Assembly (NCBI GenBank): GCA_964484755.1 | Contig: CAZAGH010000004.1 | Span: 28,170-92,169, forward strand | Reading direction: 5' to 3' | DNA length: 64,000 bases | Source of the DNA: an uncultured Melioribacter sp. | Lineage (GTDB): Bacteria > Bacteroidota > Ignavibacteria > Kapaibacteriales > Kapaibacteriaceae | Part shown: piece after piece, positions 37,806-47,779 of the stretch | Position numbering within the stretch: position 1 is the first letter of the stretch | How the letters are laid out: each line of letters starts with the position of its first letter | The notes under the pieces: model-generated | What the model was told of the DNA's origin: nothing | What the model saw: only the letters and a program-made list of their open reading frames with translations | The model's database searches: none | Position numbers and translations under genes: made by a program

Positions 37806-38519
37806 ATGAGCACACAAGACATAGACAACATCACTGAAGAGCCAGTATCTGCGGGGCCTGACGCCACAGATGCAGCGGCTGACTTCTTTTCAAGACAGTG
37901 GAAAGTTATCGCTGGAGTACTCGGTGTTGTAGTTGTCGTTGTTGCTGGATACTTCTACATGGAGTACCAAAACAGCGAGTTGAACATCGAGGGCCTTACA
38001 CACCTCTCACGTGTGAGGCTTGCCTATGACATGGGCCAATACGACATGGCGCTCACTGGACAAGGTTTGCCACCTATGGATGGTCAGCCTGTGAAGGGGC
38101 TTGTTGCAATCAGCGATGAGTACTCTGGAACAGCAGCTGGCGAGATGGCGGCGTTAATGGCAGGCAATGCCTACATCAACCTTGGCAAAGCTTCAGAGGC
38201 TACCACACAGTTTGAAAAGGCCTCATCTTCAGATGCTGGTGTTGTTCAAGTTGGTGCCTTGCAAGGACTTGCGGCGGCGCTCGAACTTGGTAAGAACTTC
38301 TCTGAAGCTGCTTCCAAGTACGAAGAAGCTGCGAAAAAGGCAGAGGACACAGGTCTGGAAGAGCAGTGCTACCTCAGCGCGGCAGCGTGTTACGAGGAAG
38401 CCAACAACAAGGATAAGGCGTCAGAATTGTACCGATTGATCGTGAAGAAGTTCGAAATGTCAGAGGTTGCGGCATCCGCAAAATCGGGTCTGGCGCGTCT
38501 TGGCACGGCAATTGATTAG
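37806..38519 (+). CDS. membrane-anchored TPR-like protein (YfgM-like architecture)
   Basis: ORF 37683..38519. ATG at 37806 lies 3 nt after GAGGAG. Acidic N-terminus, a single TM 'WKVIAGVLGVVVVVVAGYFYM', then an Ala-rich helical-repeat ectodomain ('AGEMAALMAGNAYINLGKASEATTQFEKA', 'ALQGLAAALELGKNFSEAASKYEEAAKKA'). Confidence 0.6.
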   Translation: MSTQDIDNITEEPVSAGPDATDAAADFFSRQWKVIAGVLGVVVVVVAGYFYMEYQNSELNIEGLTHLSRVRLAYDMGQYDMALTGQGLPPMDGQPVKGLVAISDEYSGTAAGEMAALMAGNAYINLGKASEATTQFEKASSSDAGVVQVGALQGLAAALELGKNFSEAASKYEEAAKKAEDTGLEEQCYLSAAACYEEANNKDKASELYRLIVKKFEMSEVAASAKSGLARLGTAID

Positions 38520-38609
38520 CAAAATCGGGCGGTTTCGCCATTTTTCTGTTTAGAGTAAATGAAAAGCGTGAAAAAATTAAAGTATAAGGTTTTTACAACT
38601 GGAGGTTGT

Positions 38610-41600
38610 ATGCAACGTTGGTTTCGTCTGAGCAGCTTGCTGCTTGTGCTAACCGCGGCATTTAACGTAGCCCAAGCGGCGTACGTTGAAGTCCGTGGTA
38701 GTCTTCCTCCGGGTGCGGTTCGCGTATTCGTACGTGATACCGTATATCGTATTAGTGGCACGTACACCGTTGGTGGTACGCTTCTGATCGAGCCCGGAAC
38801 AACAGTTGAGTTTATGCCAAACGGTCGTTTGGTTGACTCAACAGGTGGTCGAATCATTGCTGATGGTCGTGCGTCTGCGACGTACAATCCAACAGCGGTG
38901 AATCCACTGGTTCCGCCGTACACTGGTTATGACGACTTGTCATACTTCGGTGCTGCGGGAGTCGTCTCTTCGACGATCTCAACAGAACCTACGATTCACC
39001 CATCGAAGTATTCGACGATCTTTAACGTCGATCTTGGCACGAATGTCAACCTCCAAGGTTTGACACCTGCCCAGGCAATCATGTACAAGGCATCACGCCT
39101 TGAACTCGGATCGGTCATTTCGGCCATCCGTTTGAACCCATGGTTCCGCCCGACAGGTGCTGCTATCAACGTTACACCTGCTCGAATCACATTCAAGGCA
39201 GGTGACGTTAACACGTTCTCACGCGAGTGGGGCCACATCGTGGTTCTGCCGGGTGCACGTGCAGCGTTCTTCCGTGATGTTGACTTTGTCAACTTCCGCA
39301 AGGACACAACAGTAGATAACCGTCCTGTTTACCTTGCGAACAGCAATGGTCAAGCCTTCACGGCAGCGCAAGCAGAAACAGCGAACAATACGCTGCTTGA
39401 TGCAACAAACGGTGGTGGTGGTGCAATCACAACATTCTCGTCACGTACGTGGATTGTTGGATGTAACTTCCGCAACAACATGTCGCGTTATCGTGGTGGT
39501 GCTATCCAGATTCTACAAGCGCCATCTGACATCTATGCTGGAACAGCTCTTCAATTGTACCCGACAGTATCGGCTGCTACAATCAACGCTCTTCCAACAT
39601 ACCCAGCAACGGTCAACCCATTCATGACCGATCCGGTAACGGGTGCTCCAATCGCTTCAGGTCTTAGGATCACAGACTATGTATATGATGCTAACCCAGA
39701 GACAATGACAGATGCAGATCGTCAATCACTTGACGATGCTCGTCTTGCTCTTTACCTTGGTCGTATCCGTCAGTCACGATTCACCGGCAATCATGTATTG
39801 CTTGCAAATGTTGATACGGTCCGCGTAGGCGGTATCCGTGTTGTTACAGATGTAGCTGATCGTCCAGCTACGGTATTCGCGAACACGAATCGTTCACAGA
39901 AGAACGAAGCGTTCGGTGGAGCTATCTACGTTTCGGGTCGTACACCAATGATCGTCGGTATCGGTGTCAACGATTTCCAAGGCAAGGATACGATGGAGTT
40001 CAACAGCAACTATGTTGAAAACCGTCAACCAGCTACACCAAACGGTAATGCGGTATCGCAAGGTGCACGCGGTGGTGCCGTTTATGTTGGCAACCAGACA
40101 AGCGTAATCTTCGCAGGTCGCTACACAACAAACAAGACAGAGACACCATTTATCACAACACTCGCTTCGTCAGGTGCCGCTTCTGTTGGCAACTTCTCGA
40201 AGGGTGGAGCTATCTATGCATCAACGGGTGCATGGCAGATCCAAGTTCGTGGTAATCTTGACAATAACCCACCTACACACTTCCTTGGTAATAGCTCAGG
40301 ACGTGGTGGTGCTATCTTCGTTGAGAACGGTACAAACGACAACGCTGTATCACCTTGGATCGGTGGTTCAGACGGAATCATTACTGTCCGCAACTATGGT
40401 TTCAACATCAAGTTCCGCGACAACCGCGCAACAGTAGATGGTGGTGCTATCTACACAGCACGTAACATGTACATGTATGGTGCTGGTGGTTCATCGGGTC
40501 CACTTTGGATCTATGGCACGAACTATGGTGTAGAGTTCCAAAACAACACAGCCAACTTCTCGGGTGGTGCTATCAGCGTTCAGATTCCACAGAATCTTCC
40601 GATCGCTCGTCGCACACTCCGCTTTGTTCGTGGTCACTTCCTCAATAACCGTGTTGGCCAAGTAGCTGCAAGCCTTACTGGCGAAGTCCGCGGTGGTGGT
40701 GCTCTTTATACGATCAATGCAGACCTTAACGTAGTTAAGGGTGTTGAATTCCGTGCTAACAAGGTATGGAACGGTAATGGTGGTGCTATCGCTGTTGTCA
40801 CACCAGATACGCTTACACGTAAGCGCTTTATGGTTACAGACATGGACGATATCAACTTTGATGGTAACGGTGTAGCTACGGGTTACAACCCACGTAACGA
40901 CATCTTCACGTTCCAAACAGCTTCACCTCGTCCAGACGAGCGCATGCTTACACGTTTCTATGAAAACGAAGCATACGCAAACGCAGATCGTCAAGGTTCA
41001 GGCGCTACACAGCGTGGCGACATCAAGATCACACACCCAGGAACAACACTCCGTGAAAACGGTACAGGTCTTGGTGGTGCTCTTTACATCCTCGATAGCA
41101 TCCGCGTTCGTGTTGACACGTTCTCATTTGATCGTGTACGTATGCAGAACAACGTTGCTTTCAGCGGCGCTGGTATGTACTCAGACAATTATGATCTCAA
41201 GCTTGCTATGGCTCGTTGCTTGATTACAGGCAACAAGGCAACATCGACTATCGGTCGTACGCAAGATGTAGTAGATGGTCCATTGGTTGGCTCAGCAAAT
41301 CCTGCTTCAAGCGACCTTGCTGGTGCAGTATTGTTTGGTGAAGTTACTGGTCCTCTTCCATGGAAGACATACAGCAACGCATCAAACTCGATCTACGATA
41401 ACGATGCTCGCTATATCGTACGCCTTCCAGATGCACAAGACACCAAGGGTGTTCTAGCAGGAACAACTGGTATCGGTTTTGGTGGTGTCGATACTCTCCG
41501 TGGCAACTATTGGGGTCGCACCGAAGCGAACGTTAACACGATCCTTCCAAGCACACCTAACACATCTTCATTTGGTCGTGTTCAGGAAACATTCTTCATC

Positions 41601-44600
41601 GCTGGCAACGGTAAGACGCACATGCGTTTTGTTCGCCAGGGTGGTACAAACCCTACAGAACAAGGACCATTCGAATCAGACTGGCGTTATAACTATACTC
41701 CAGTTCCGATCGGTGTAGTTCCAGACACGCTCCTTCTTGCTGGTCGTATCTATGACATCTTCGATAAGGGTACAGACATCAAGACAGCTGATTATTCAAG
41801 CCGTCGCATGTCTCCTATTGAAGACTTCGCAGTAGGTATCCCTCCAACACTCAAGCTTTACAACGATCCTACGCAGCCATCATACGAGAAGTATGTGAAG
41901 CGCATGACTCGTAACCCGTTCGATGCTGACGTACATGCAGATATCGCAGCGGTTCAAACAGAGTTTGTTGGAAACCACCCTATTGGTTACCCAGTATTCC
42001 TTGAAGCACGTGTTGATTACAGTGGTACTGCCGAAGTAAGCAACAACGATGCACGCGCATTTAACGAGACAGTATTCTTCGTTGTTAACGAGCGCACAGG
42101 TGACTTCATCCGCGTTAACATGCAGCAGAAGACGTTGACAGACTCGATCTTCCGTTCACGTGTTGAACTCGTTCCAGATTCATCTAATGGCGGTGATCCT
42201 AACATCCGTCGTGCATATGAAGGTCTCGCAACGTATGGTACAGGCGCGACACTGTTGTCGTTCCTTGCTGACAATGCTATTGCAGAAGATTCATCAGCTC
42301 TTCAAGGTCGTCGTTGGGAAGGCTCAACACAACTTGGCGAACTTGGTGGTGCAAACTTCCGCCTCGGTAATCGTCCAGCGCTTCCTGTATCAAATAACGG
42401 CAGCGAAACATATTATGGCGGTGAGCGTTATCGCGCACTTCCTGTCCGTGATGGTGACCAAGTCACGATCGTTTCTCGTACGATTCTCTGGAAAGATGGC
42501 GTAGTTGAAGCTATCAAGGGTGCATTGAGTTTCACAGTTGGCAACAACACGAACCCACCTGTGTTTACTGGTTCAGCAGATACGCTTCCAACCTCGCCGC
42601 TTCTCCACCCAGAATACCGTAACCGTGTATTTGTTACAGAGAACCGTCTCTACACGCCTATCACTGCAGCTCAGTCACCACGTGGTGGCGGTCAGCCAAG
42701 CTGGTTCAACGAGCCACCTAGCTATCCATCAGACATCAACAACCAGCCAATCCCTGGTCGTGATCTCTTCGAGCGTGATTCGATCTTCTCGATCACAGCA
42801 GTAGATATCAACAAGTTCTATGATCCACGCGTAGTGCGTAATGCTGGCGACAATGCTCAGCTGTCATATTTCTGGGATATCAAGACTGGTAACAGTGGTC
42901 TTCGCTACTGGTTGCGTGATACGCTGATCCGCGCGAATGCTACGAACAACAACCCAAGCTGGGGTGCAGTCGGCTATCGTATGTTCCGTGGTCGTCCAAT
43001 CAATCCATACATCGTTCCAGGTGGTGAATTGGTTGAAGTGGTTGCCAAGAACTTCCCACCATCAGTTGAACTTGTTGACTCGCTTCGTAAGTCAAACTGG
43101 ACAGACGCAGACATCAGCCGCTGGATCTACACGTATCCATCGTACTTCCACGCACAGGAATACGACAACGATGCTATCCCAGCAGGTCAGCGCAATCCAT
43201 CTAACACGAATGCTCGCTTCTTGCAGCAGGACACAGTTAACTTCGGTTGGTTGGATTCAGTATCATATCAGTTCCGTATCCATGTTGTAGACTCGATGCC
43301 ACGCTTCATCTGGCGTCACAATGCAACGGGTGCAGCAGCTGTAACGTATCAAAACATGCTTCGTGGTGATGTAACGATTGTTCTCGATCCAACAACAACT
43401 GATCCAGATGCATACGATGCAACTACAGGTACATACCGTGATACACTGCGTTACACAACGACAACATCACGTGTAGGCCGCCGTTTCGTCGATACGCGTA
43501 CTAACCCGAATAACATTCTTAATGAAGAGTACAACAACCCTAACACGAACTACAACGATTCGTTGAACATTCACTGGGTTGCAAATCTTGCTGGTCTTCC
43601 AGGTCAAGACTCCCTTCGTTTCCGTGCTGACATCAATACAGACGATGAATTTGAAGATGCAGCAGCAGCTGATGCTAACCGCGCAGTTGTTAAGAAGTTC
43701 GGTGCATGGGACTTCCGCTATGGTAAGACAGCCTACGGTTTCGTTTCTACAGCCGTACGTGAAAACCCATCTGAGACTGTACTTGATAACATCGTACAAG
43801 CTCGTCCGAGCTGGATGGCTACACGTTACATGCGTCAGTACGAGAACCCAGGTCAACAGAGTTTGTTTGGTGCTGACTTCACAACGAAGGGTCAGATCGA
43901 CATTCGTATCGATCGTGCAAATGCACTCGAGCTCCTCAAGCCAGTTAATGACTTCGATCCAGGTAACCCAATCAATGGTGATCTGAACGTCGATACAGTC
44001 ATGACGGTTATCGTAAACGATGGTCACGGTGGCGTGAATACACTCACCCGTCGTCTCTTCGTTAACGTTCAGCCACGTCTGCTTGAAGCCAACCTCGAAG
44101 ATGCAATCGAAGACACAGACTATAATGTACAGTTGACGGATTCAGCACGTCGCATCAAGGTTTACGATCCTAACTTCGGTCAGGTTCAAAACTTCGAACT
44201 CATCTATGTAGATGAGCAGCGTGACAGTATCGCAGTTGACCCATACTTTACAGAAGCTGGTCAGATTGTATTTGATGCATCACGCAAGACAACTCCAGCA
44301 TGGTTGAAGATCAATCCAACAAGCGGTCTGCTTTACGGTAAGCCAACAGTTACAGATCTTCCATACTCAGACACAACAGTAAACGTGACGGTTCTGGTTA
44401 CTGATGCAGGTGGTCTTCGTGACATCCGCACATATACACTGAACGTTCGTGCAGTGAATCACAAGCCAAACCTACTCCAGTCACCAATTATTCGTTGTGT
44501 TGAAGCTGGCAAGGAATACACAGATAAGATCCGTGTGACAGACATTGATCTCAAGCGTAAGCAAGCAGGTAACGAAGAGCTGACATTCACAGTTCTTGAG

Positions 44601-45644
44601 CCAGCAGGTTCATGGACATTTGCACCAGCTAAGCTTTCTAGCCCAATTGCTGATACTCAAGAGGTTACTGTAAGTACATCAAACCTCCAGGGAACTATCG
44701 AAAACGGCCGCATCAAGGTCCGTATCGAAGTAACAGATCGTCAAGGTGAAAAGGATACTCTCACGTATTCAGTAGCGGTATCAGCACAAACACGTTTCTC
44801 AGCGGACATCCGCATCGAGAACGCAATCGGTGGATGGCAGACGCTCACATTCGGTGTCAGCGGAACAGAGATTGCGACACGCGGTGACGAAGCAGCTACT
44901 TTCGGTCGTCTTGATAGCAACTACTGCGAATATGAATTGCCTCCAGTACCATTCATCGATGTATTCGATGCCCGCTGGACAATCCCAACACGCAATGGTA
45001 TCATCCGTAACATCCATCCATATTCAAACACAGCCGGTGAGTCGATCTTCCAAGGTCGCTTCCAAGCTGGTGGTGAAAATGGCGTAAGCTCATCGTACTA
45101 CCCAGTCAAGCTTTCATGGTGCCGTACTCAGATCCCAGCACGTGATGCATCGAACCCAGGTTCATATTACATCCGTGATGACCAGTCAAATGGTGGTCTC
45201 TTTGCCTTCGACATGAAGACAGGCCAAGGCCGTTCGATCTCTTCTGTACAACACCGTGTCTCAGCTGCTGGCGATTGCGATACACTCGTTATCACGTCAA
45301 CCGCAATCGAAGGTTTCATCATTGTGTACGACTTCACAACAGATGTCGAAAACGGTGAAGAAGCTCCATCATCGCTTGCTATCACAGCAACAGCACCAAA
45401 TCCATTCACGACATCAACAAATATCAGCTTCGCTGTTCCGACACCGTCGATGGTAGCAGTTGAGATCTACGATGCAATTGGAAATCGCGTTGCTACTCTG
45501 ACAAATGATGTGTACAACGCCGGTATTCATTCAGTAGAATGGAATGGCGCTGCAAACGGTGTTGCACTTCCGAACGGTATCTACACGGTTCGTGTATCGG
45601 ACGGAACAAACTCGACTTCACAGCAGGTCGTACTCGTACGCTAA
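38610..45644 (+). CDS. giant (2344 aa) secreted adhesin-like protein: Pmp-type parallel beta-helix repeats, two cadherin-like/He_PIG Ig modules, T9SS C-terminal sorting domain
   Basis: ORF 38559..45644. ATG at 38610 lies 4 nt after GGAGG. Signal peptide MQRWFRLSSLLLVLTAAFNVA|QA. At least 10 GGA[ILV] motifs paired with FxxN (see the repeat feature). Ig module: 'TPAWLKINPTSGLLYGKPTVTDL..VTVLVTDAGGLRDIRTYTLNVRAVNHKP'. Tail: 'APNPFTTSTNISFAVPTPSMVAVEIYDAIGNRVATL...LPNGIYTVRVSDGTNSTSQQVVLVR'. Confidence 0.85.
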   Translation: MQRWFRLSSLLLVLTAAFNVAQAAYVEVRGSLPPGAVRVFVRDTVYRISGTYTVGGTLLIEPGTTVEFMPNGRLVDSTGGRIIADGRASATYNPTAVNPLVPPYTGYDDLSYFGAAGVVSSTISTEPTIHPSKYSTIFNVDLGTNVNLQGLTPAQAIMYKASRLELGSVISAIRLNPWFRPTGAAINVTPARITFKAGDVNTFSREWGHIVVLPGARAAFFRDVDFVNFRKDTTVDNRPVYLANSNGQAFTAAQAETANNTLLDATNGGGGAITTFSSRTWIVGCNFRNNMSRYRGGAIQILQAPSDIYAGTALQLYPTVSAATINALPTYPATVNPFMTDPVTGAPIASGLRITDYVYDANPETMTDADRQSLDDARLALYLGRIRQSRFTGNHVLLANVDTVRVGGIRVVTDVADRPATVFANTNRSQKNEAFGGAIYVSGRTPMIVGIGVNDFQGKDTMEFNSNYVENRQPATPNGNAVSQGARGGAVYVGNQTSVIFAGRYTTNKTETPFITTLASSGAASVGNFSKGGAIYASTGAWQIQVRGNLDNNPPTHFLGNSSGRGGAIFVENGTNDNAVSPWIGGSDGIITVRNYGFNIKFRDNRATVDGGAIYTARNMYMYGAGGSSGPLWIYGTNYGVEFQNNTANFSGGAISVQIPQNLPIARRTLRFVRGHFLNNRVGQVAASLTGEVRGGGALYTINADLNVVKGVEFRANKVWNGNGGAIAVVTPDTLTRKRFMVTDMDDINFDGNGVATGYNPRNDIFTFQTASPRPDERMLTRFYENEAYANADRQGSGATQRGDIKITHPGTTLRENGTGLGGALYILDSIRVRVDTFSFDRVRMQNNVAFSGAGMYSDNYDLKLAMARCLITGNKATSTIGRTQDVVDGPLVGSANPASSDLAGAVLFGEVTGPLPWKTYSNASNSIYDNDARYIVRLPDAQDTKGVLAGTTGIGFGGVDTLRGNYWGRTEANVNTILPSTPNTSSFGRVQETFFIAGNGKTHMRFVRQGGTNPTEQGPFESDWRYNYTPVPIGVVPDTLLLAGRIYDIFDKGTDIKTADYSSRRMSPIEDFAVGIPPTLKLYNDPTQPSYEKYVKRMTRNPFDADVHADIAAVQTEFVGNHPIGYPVFLEARVDYSGTAEVSNNDARAFNETVFFVVNERTGDFIRVNMQQKTLTDSIFRSRVELVPDSSNGGDPNIRRAYEGLATYGTGATLLSFLADNAIAEDSSALQGRRWEGSTQLGELGGANFRLGNRPALPVSNNGSETYYGGERYRALPVRDGDQVTIVSRTILWKDGVVEAIKGALSFTVGNNTNPPVFTGSADTLPTSPLLHPEYRNRVFVTENRLYTPITAAQSPRGGGQPSWFNEPPSYPSDINNQPIPGRDLFERDSIFSITAVDINKFYDPRVVRNAGDNAQLSYFWDIKTGNSGLRYWLRDTLIRANATNNNPSWGAVGYRMFRGRPINPYIVPGGELVEVVAKNFPPSVELVDSLRKSNWTDADISRWIYTYPSYFHAQEYDNDAIPAGQRNPSNTNARFLQQDTVNFGWLDSVSYQFRIHVVDSMPRFIWRHNATGAAAVTYQNMLRGDVTIVLDPTTTDPDAYDATTGTYRDTLRYTTTTSRVGRRFVDTRTNPNNILNEEYNNPNTNYNDSLNIHWVANLAGLPGQDSLRFRADINTDDEFEDAAAADANRAVVKKFGAWDFRYGKTAYGFVSTAVRENPSETVLDNIVQARPSWMATRYMRQYENPGQQSLFGADFTTKGQIDIRIDRANALELLKPVNDFDPGNPINGDLNVDTVMTVIVNDGHGGVNTLTRRLFVNVQPRLLEANLEDAIEDTDYNVQLTDSARRIKVYDPNFGQVQNFELIYVDEQRDSIAVDPYFTEAGQIVFDASRKTTPAWLKINPTSGLLYGKPTVTDLPYSDTTVNVTVLVTDAGGLRDIRTYTLNVRAVNHKPNLLQSPIIRCVEAGKEYTDKIRVTDIDLKRKQAGNEELTFTVLEPAGSWTFAPAKLSSPIADTQEVTVSTSNLQGTIENGRIKVRIEVTDRQGEKDTLTYSVAVSAQTRFSADIRIENAIGGWQTLTFGVSGTEIATRGDEAATFGRLDSNYCEYELPPVPFIDVFDARWTIPTRNGIIRNIHPYSNTAGESIFQGRFQAGGENGVSSSYYPVKLSWCRTQIPARDASNPGSYYIRDDQSNGGLFAFDMKTGQGRSISSVQHRVSAAGDCDTLVITSTAIEGFIIVYDFTTDVENGEEAPSSLAITATAPNPFTTSTNISFAVPTPSMVAVEIYDAIGNRVATLTNDVYNAGIHSVEWNGAANGVALPNGIYTVRVSDGTNSTSQQVVLVR
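39411..41190 (+). repeat. polymorphic-membrane-protein (Pmp)-type repeat region, GGA[ILV] / FxxN
   Basis: GGA[ILV] motifs: GGAITTF, GGAIQIL, GGAIYVS, GGAVYVG, GGAIYAS, GGAIFVE, GGAIYTA, GGAISVQ, GGALYTI, GGAIAVV, GGALYIL. They are interleaved with FRNN, FTGN, FNSN, FLGN, FRDN, FQNN, FLNN and FRAN. The 12-mer GGTGGTGCTATC occurs exactly at least 5 times (near 39494, 40305, 40440, 40563 and 40779). Confidence 0.8.
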
Positions 45645-45657
45645 ACGCTTATCTACA

Positions 45658-45685
45658 GGGCCGGTTTTCGGACCGGCCCTTGTTT
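45658..45685 (+). terminator. rho-independent terminator after the giant adhesin gene
   Basis: GGGCCGGT-TTTCGG-ACCGGCCC stem-loop (45658-45679), followed by TTGTTTG, 14 nt after the stop. Confidence 0.7.
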
Positions 45686-45724
45686 GAAACCGATTAAAAA
45701 AACACTGAAACTTTTGGAGTATTT

Positions 45725-47764
45725 ATGAAGAAACAGGTATTGATTGCCTCGGCGATTGTACTCTGTTCATTCGCGATCGGTGCAGTAGAGGGCGTGGCAC
45801 AGCAGATCTTTAATCAGTTCCGCCAGCCAAAGCTCGTAGTCGGTCTCCCATATAGGGATATCGATGCCTGCCCTACGTCGAGCCTGAACAAGACAGTTAT
45901 AGCTCCGTCGCAATTCACATTGCCGCCAACATTCGTGAATGATTTGGATGATGGTTATTCGTACATCCAGTTCCCGAATGGAATCACCTATAACTACAAC
46001 GGCCGCGTTTATAGCGGTGTGTATGTAAGTATCAACGGTTTCTTGACATTTGATAACACTAAGCTGGTTCCTGCAAAGCAGTCAATCGGTTTGTTTATCA
46101 ACTCGTCTTCATATCCTGATAACGTTGTTTCTCCATATTGGGGAGATCACCGTTACCGTACAGCGACAGACATCGCACAGGGCTTCATGCCGTCGCAGAT
46201 CTCTTGGGTTATTGATGTAGATCGTGATGAAAATTGCGATACAATCAAGCCTGTTCGTCGCTGCGTTATCGTTCAGTGGAAGAACCTTAACATCAATGAT
46301 GCTAGCATCAATTCCAGCGTTGGCAACTTCCAAGCACGCCTGTATCTGGGTGGCGCAGAGAAGAACAACCAAGGTGAAGTTGAATTTGCTTATGGTCAAG
46401 TTGGTGGAAATCCTTATACCAACAACACAACCGTCGTAACGCGCGGTGCAACAGTTGGTATCAAGGGTGACGGTGGCTTCCCTGGATTTTTGTCAGACTT
46501 CTGGAATGGTTTGATCTGGCAACCAAATGCTGGTTCAAACAGTCGTACGGACTCTACATCGGTTTGGCAGCCATCAGGTGGCCGCTCAGATGCCCGCATT
46601 CGCTTTGAGTCGATTGTTTATCTGACGTTTAGCGACTGGGGTTACGGTGATGCCGATACTTCTGGTGCAGCAGCAGAGCGTCATGCAGATCTTCCTCAGA
46701 ATCGTCGTGTAACAGTAAACGATGCGCGCACAATCATGCGTTCAATCGTTACACGCGTGCCACTTGATTCAGTATGGAAGCGTCAAGCATACCTTGCAGA
46801 TGTTAACCACAGTGGTCGTTACTACTACACGAAGCTCAAGAGAGATTTCTCTGGAGACTCAACTGTTGGAAATCAGATCATCATTTGGCGTCGTACAATC
46901 GACGTAGAACAATTCTTCCCAGGTCAGGGCGTTGGCCCGAACACTGGTAAGCAAGTTGTCCGCGTCATGTTTGAAGGCGATGGTCTCTATGGTGTTGACG
47001 GTAAGGCACCAGATGTTAGCAATCTCAACCAGATTTACTATGAGTGCAATGAATATGACGCAGGTCTCATCATGCGTTATATCTCAGGTCGTCTGCCATA
47101 CCTCCCATGGATCTATGACAACGATACACTCGGACCAGATTTTGGTAAGGTTGTTGAAGTACGTGAAGCTTCTAACGTAAAGTTTGGCTCACCGTCATCT
47201 ATCGGTAACGGTCTCGTTCGTGTACCAGTATACCTTAACGGCTTCCACAAGGGTGCAATTGGTGTGAGCTTCAGCACAGACGCGGAAGTGGTAGATGTTG
47301 TAAAGGCAAGCAATAGCGTTCTTGTTGATGCTTCCAAGGATGTTGTAGCTATCGCAGGTAATGGCGTTTTTGAAGCTGGTCAACCAGTTGCGTTTGTTAC
47401 CATGAAGGAATCAGCTATCGTAAAGATCTCTGACGTCCGTTTCAACGATGCAATTGCTCCTGGGCACACGATCAACATGATCGAATCCGACAATGCTTCA
47501 ATCGCTGTTTATCCTAATCCAGTATCATCGTCAATGAACCTTGCGTTCAATGTTGTAGAAGCTGGTACGGTTAACGTTTCCGTCTTTGATGCATTTGGCA
47601 AGCTTGTTGCTAACGTCGCTACAGAAAACGTAACTCCAGGTACATTCAGTGCTAATTGGGACGGAACAGATGTTAACGGCAATGCCGTAGCAGCTGGATC
47701 GTATCTTGTACGTATCGAAGGTGCCGGATTGAGCGCTTCGCAGATGTTCACGGTTGTCCGTTAA
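45725..47764 (+). CDS. secreted T9SS-sorted protein with NIDO-like, dockerin-like and cohesin-like segments
   Basis: 679 aa. GGAG lies upstream of the ATG. Signal peptide MKKQVLIASAIVLCSFAIGAVEGVA|QQ. NIDO-like: 'YNYNGRVYSGVYVSINGFLTFD...VVSPYWGDH'. Ca-loop-like 'GDADTSG' and 'ADVNHSG' with helices 'VNDARTIMRSIV' and 'EYDAGLIMRYISG'. Cohesin-like: 'LVRVPVYLNGFHKGAIGVSFSTDAEVVDVV'. Tail: 'IAVYPNPVSSSMNLAF..VSVFDAFGKLV...GSYLVRIEGAGLSASQMFTVVR' (47501-47761). Confidence 0.75.
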   Translation: MKKQVLIASAIVLCSFAIGAVEGVAQQIFNQFRQPKLVVGLPYRDIDACPTSSLNKTVIAPSQFTLPPTFVNDLDDGYSYIQFPNGITYNYNGRVYSGVYVSINGFLTFDNTKLVPAKQSIGLFINSSSYPDNVVSPYWGDHRYRTATDIAQGFMPSQISWVIDVDRDENCDTIKPVRRCVIVQWKNLNINDASINSSVGNFQARLYLGGAEKNNQGEVEFAYGQVGGNPYTNNTTVVTRGATVGIKGDGGFPGFLSDFWNGLIWQPNAGSNSRTDSTSVWQPSGGRSDARIRFESIVYLTFSDWGYGDADTSGAAAERHADLPQNRRVTVNDARTIMRSIVTRVPLDSVWKRQAYLADVNHSGRYYYTKLKRDFSGDSTVGNQIIIWRRTIDVEQFFPGQGVGPNTGKQVVRVMFEGDGLYGVDGKAPDVSNLNQIYYECNEYDAGLIMRYISGRLPYLPWIYDNDTLGPDFGKVVEVREASNVKFGSPSSIGNGLVRVPVYLNGFHKGAIGVSFSTDAEVVDVVKASNSVLVDASKDVVAIAGNGVFEAGQPVAFVTMKESAIVKISDVRFNDAIAPGHTINMIESDNASIAVYPNPVSSSMNLAFNVVEAGTVNVSVFDAFGKLVANVATENVTPGTFSANWDGTDVNGNAVAAGSYLVRIEGAGLSASQMFTVVR

Positions 47765-47779
47765 CAACTGCCGCTAAGA

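Noticed and set aside
37585-37809. A 74-aa ORF, and the 41-codon N-terminal extension of ORF 37683-38519.
   Set aside because: They cover the hairpin-rich intergenic region. A strong GAGGAG SD precedes the internal ATG at 37806, which yields a sensible N-terminus followed by a TM helix.
38559-38609. Upstream starts given by the ORF track for several exported proteins: 38559, 48907, 52112, 53937, 25083, 21997, 6765, 21179, 60629.
   Set aside because: In each case an internal ATG preceded by an SD, or one yielding a canonical signal peptide, lipobox or family N-terminus, is more plausible. The upstream extensions would bury the signal peptide or overlap divergent genes.
43467-44027. A 186-aa antisense ORF, plus about a dozen same-strand out-of-frame ORFs, inside the giant adhesin gene.
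   Set aside because: They are a by-product of the extreme codon bias of the host gene, which leaves few stop codons in the alternative frames. The sequences are Cys/Thr/Val-rich with no signal peptide or motif.
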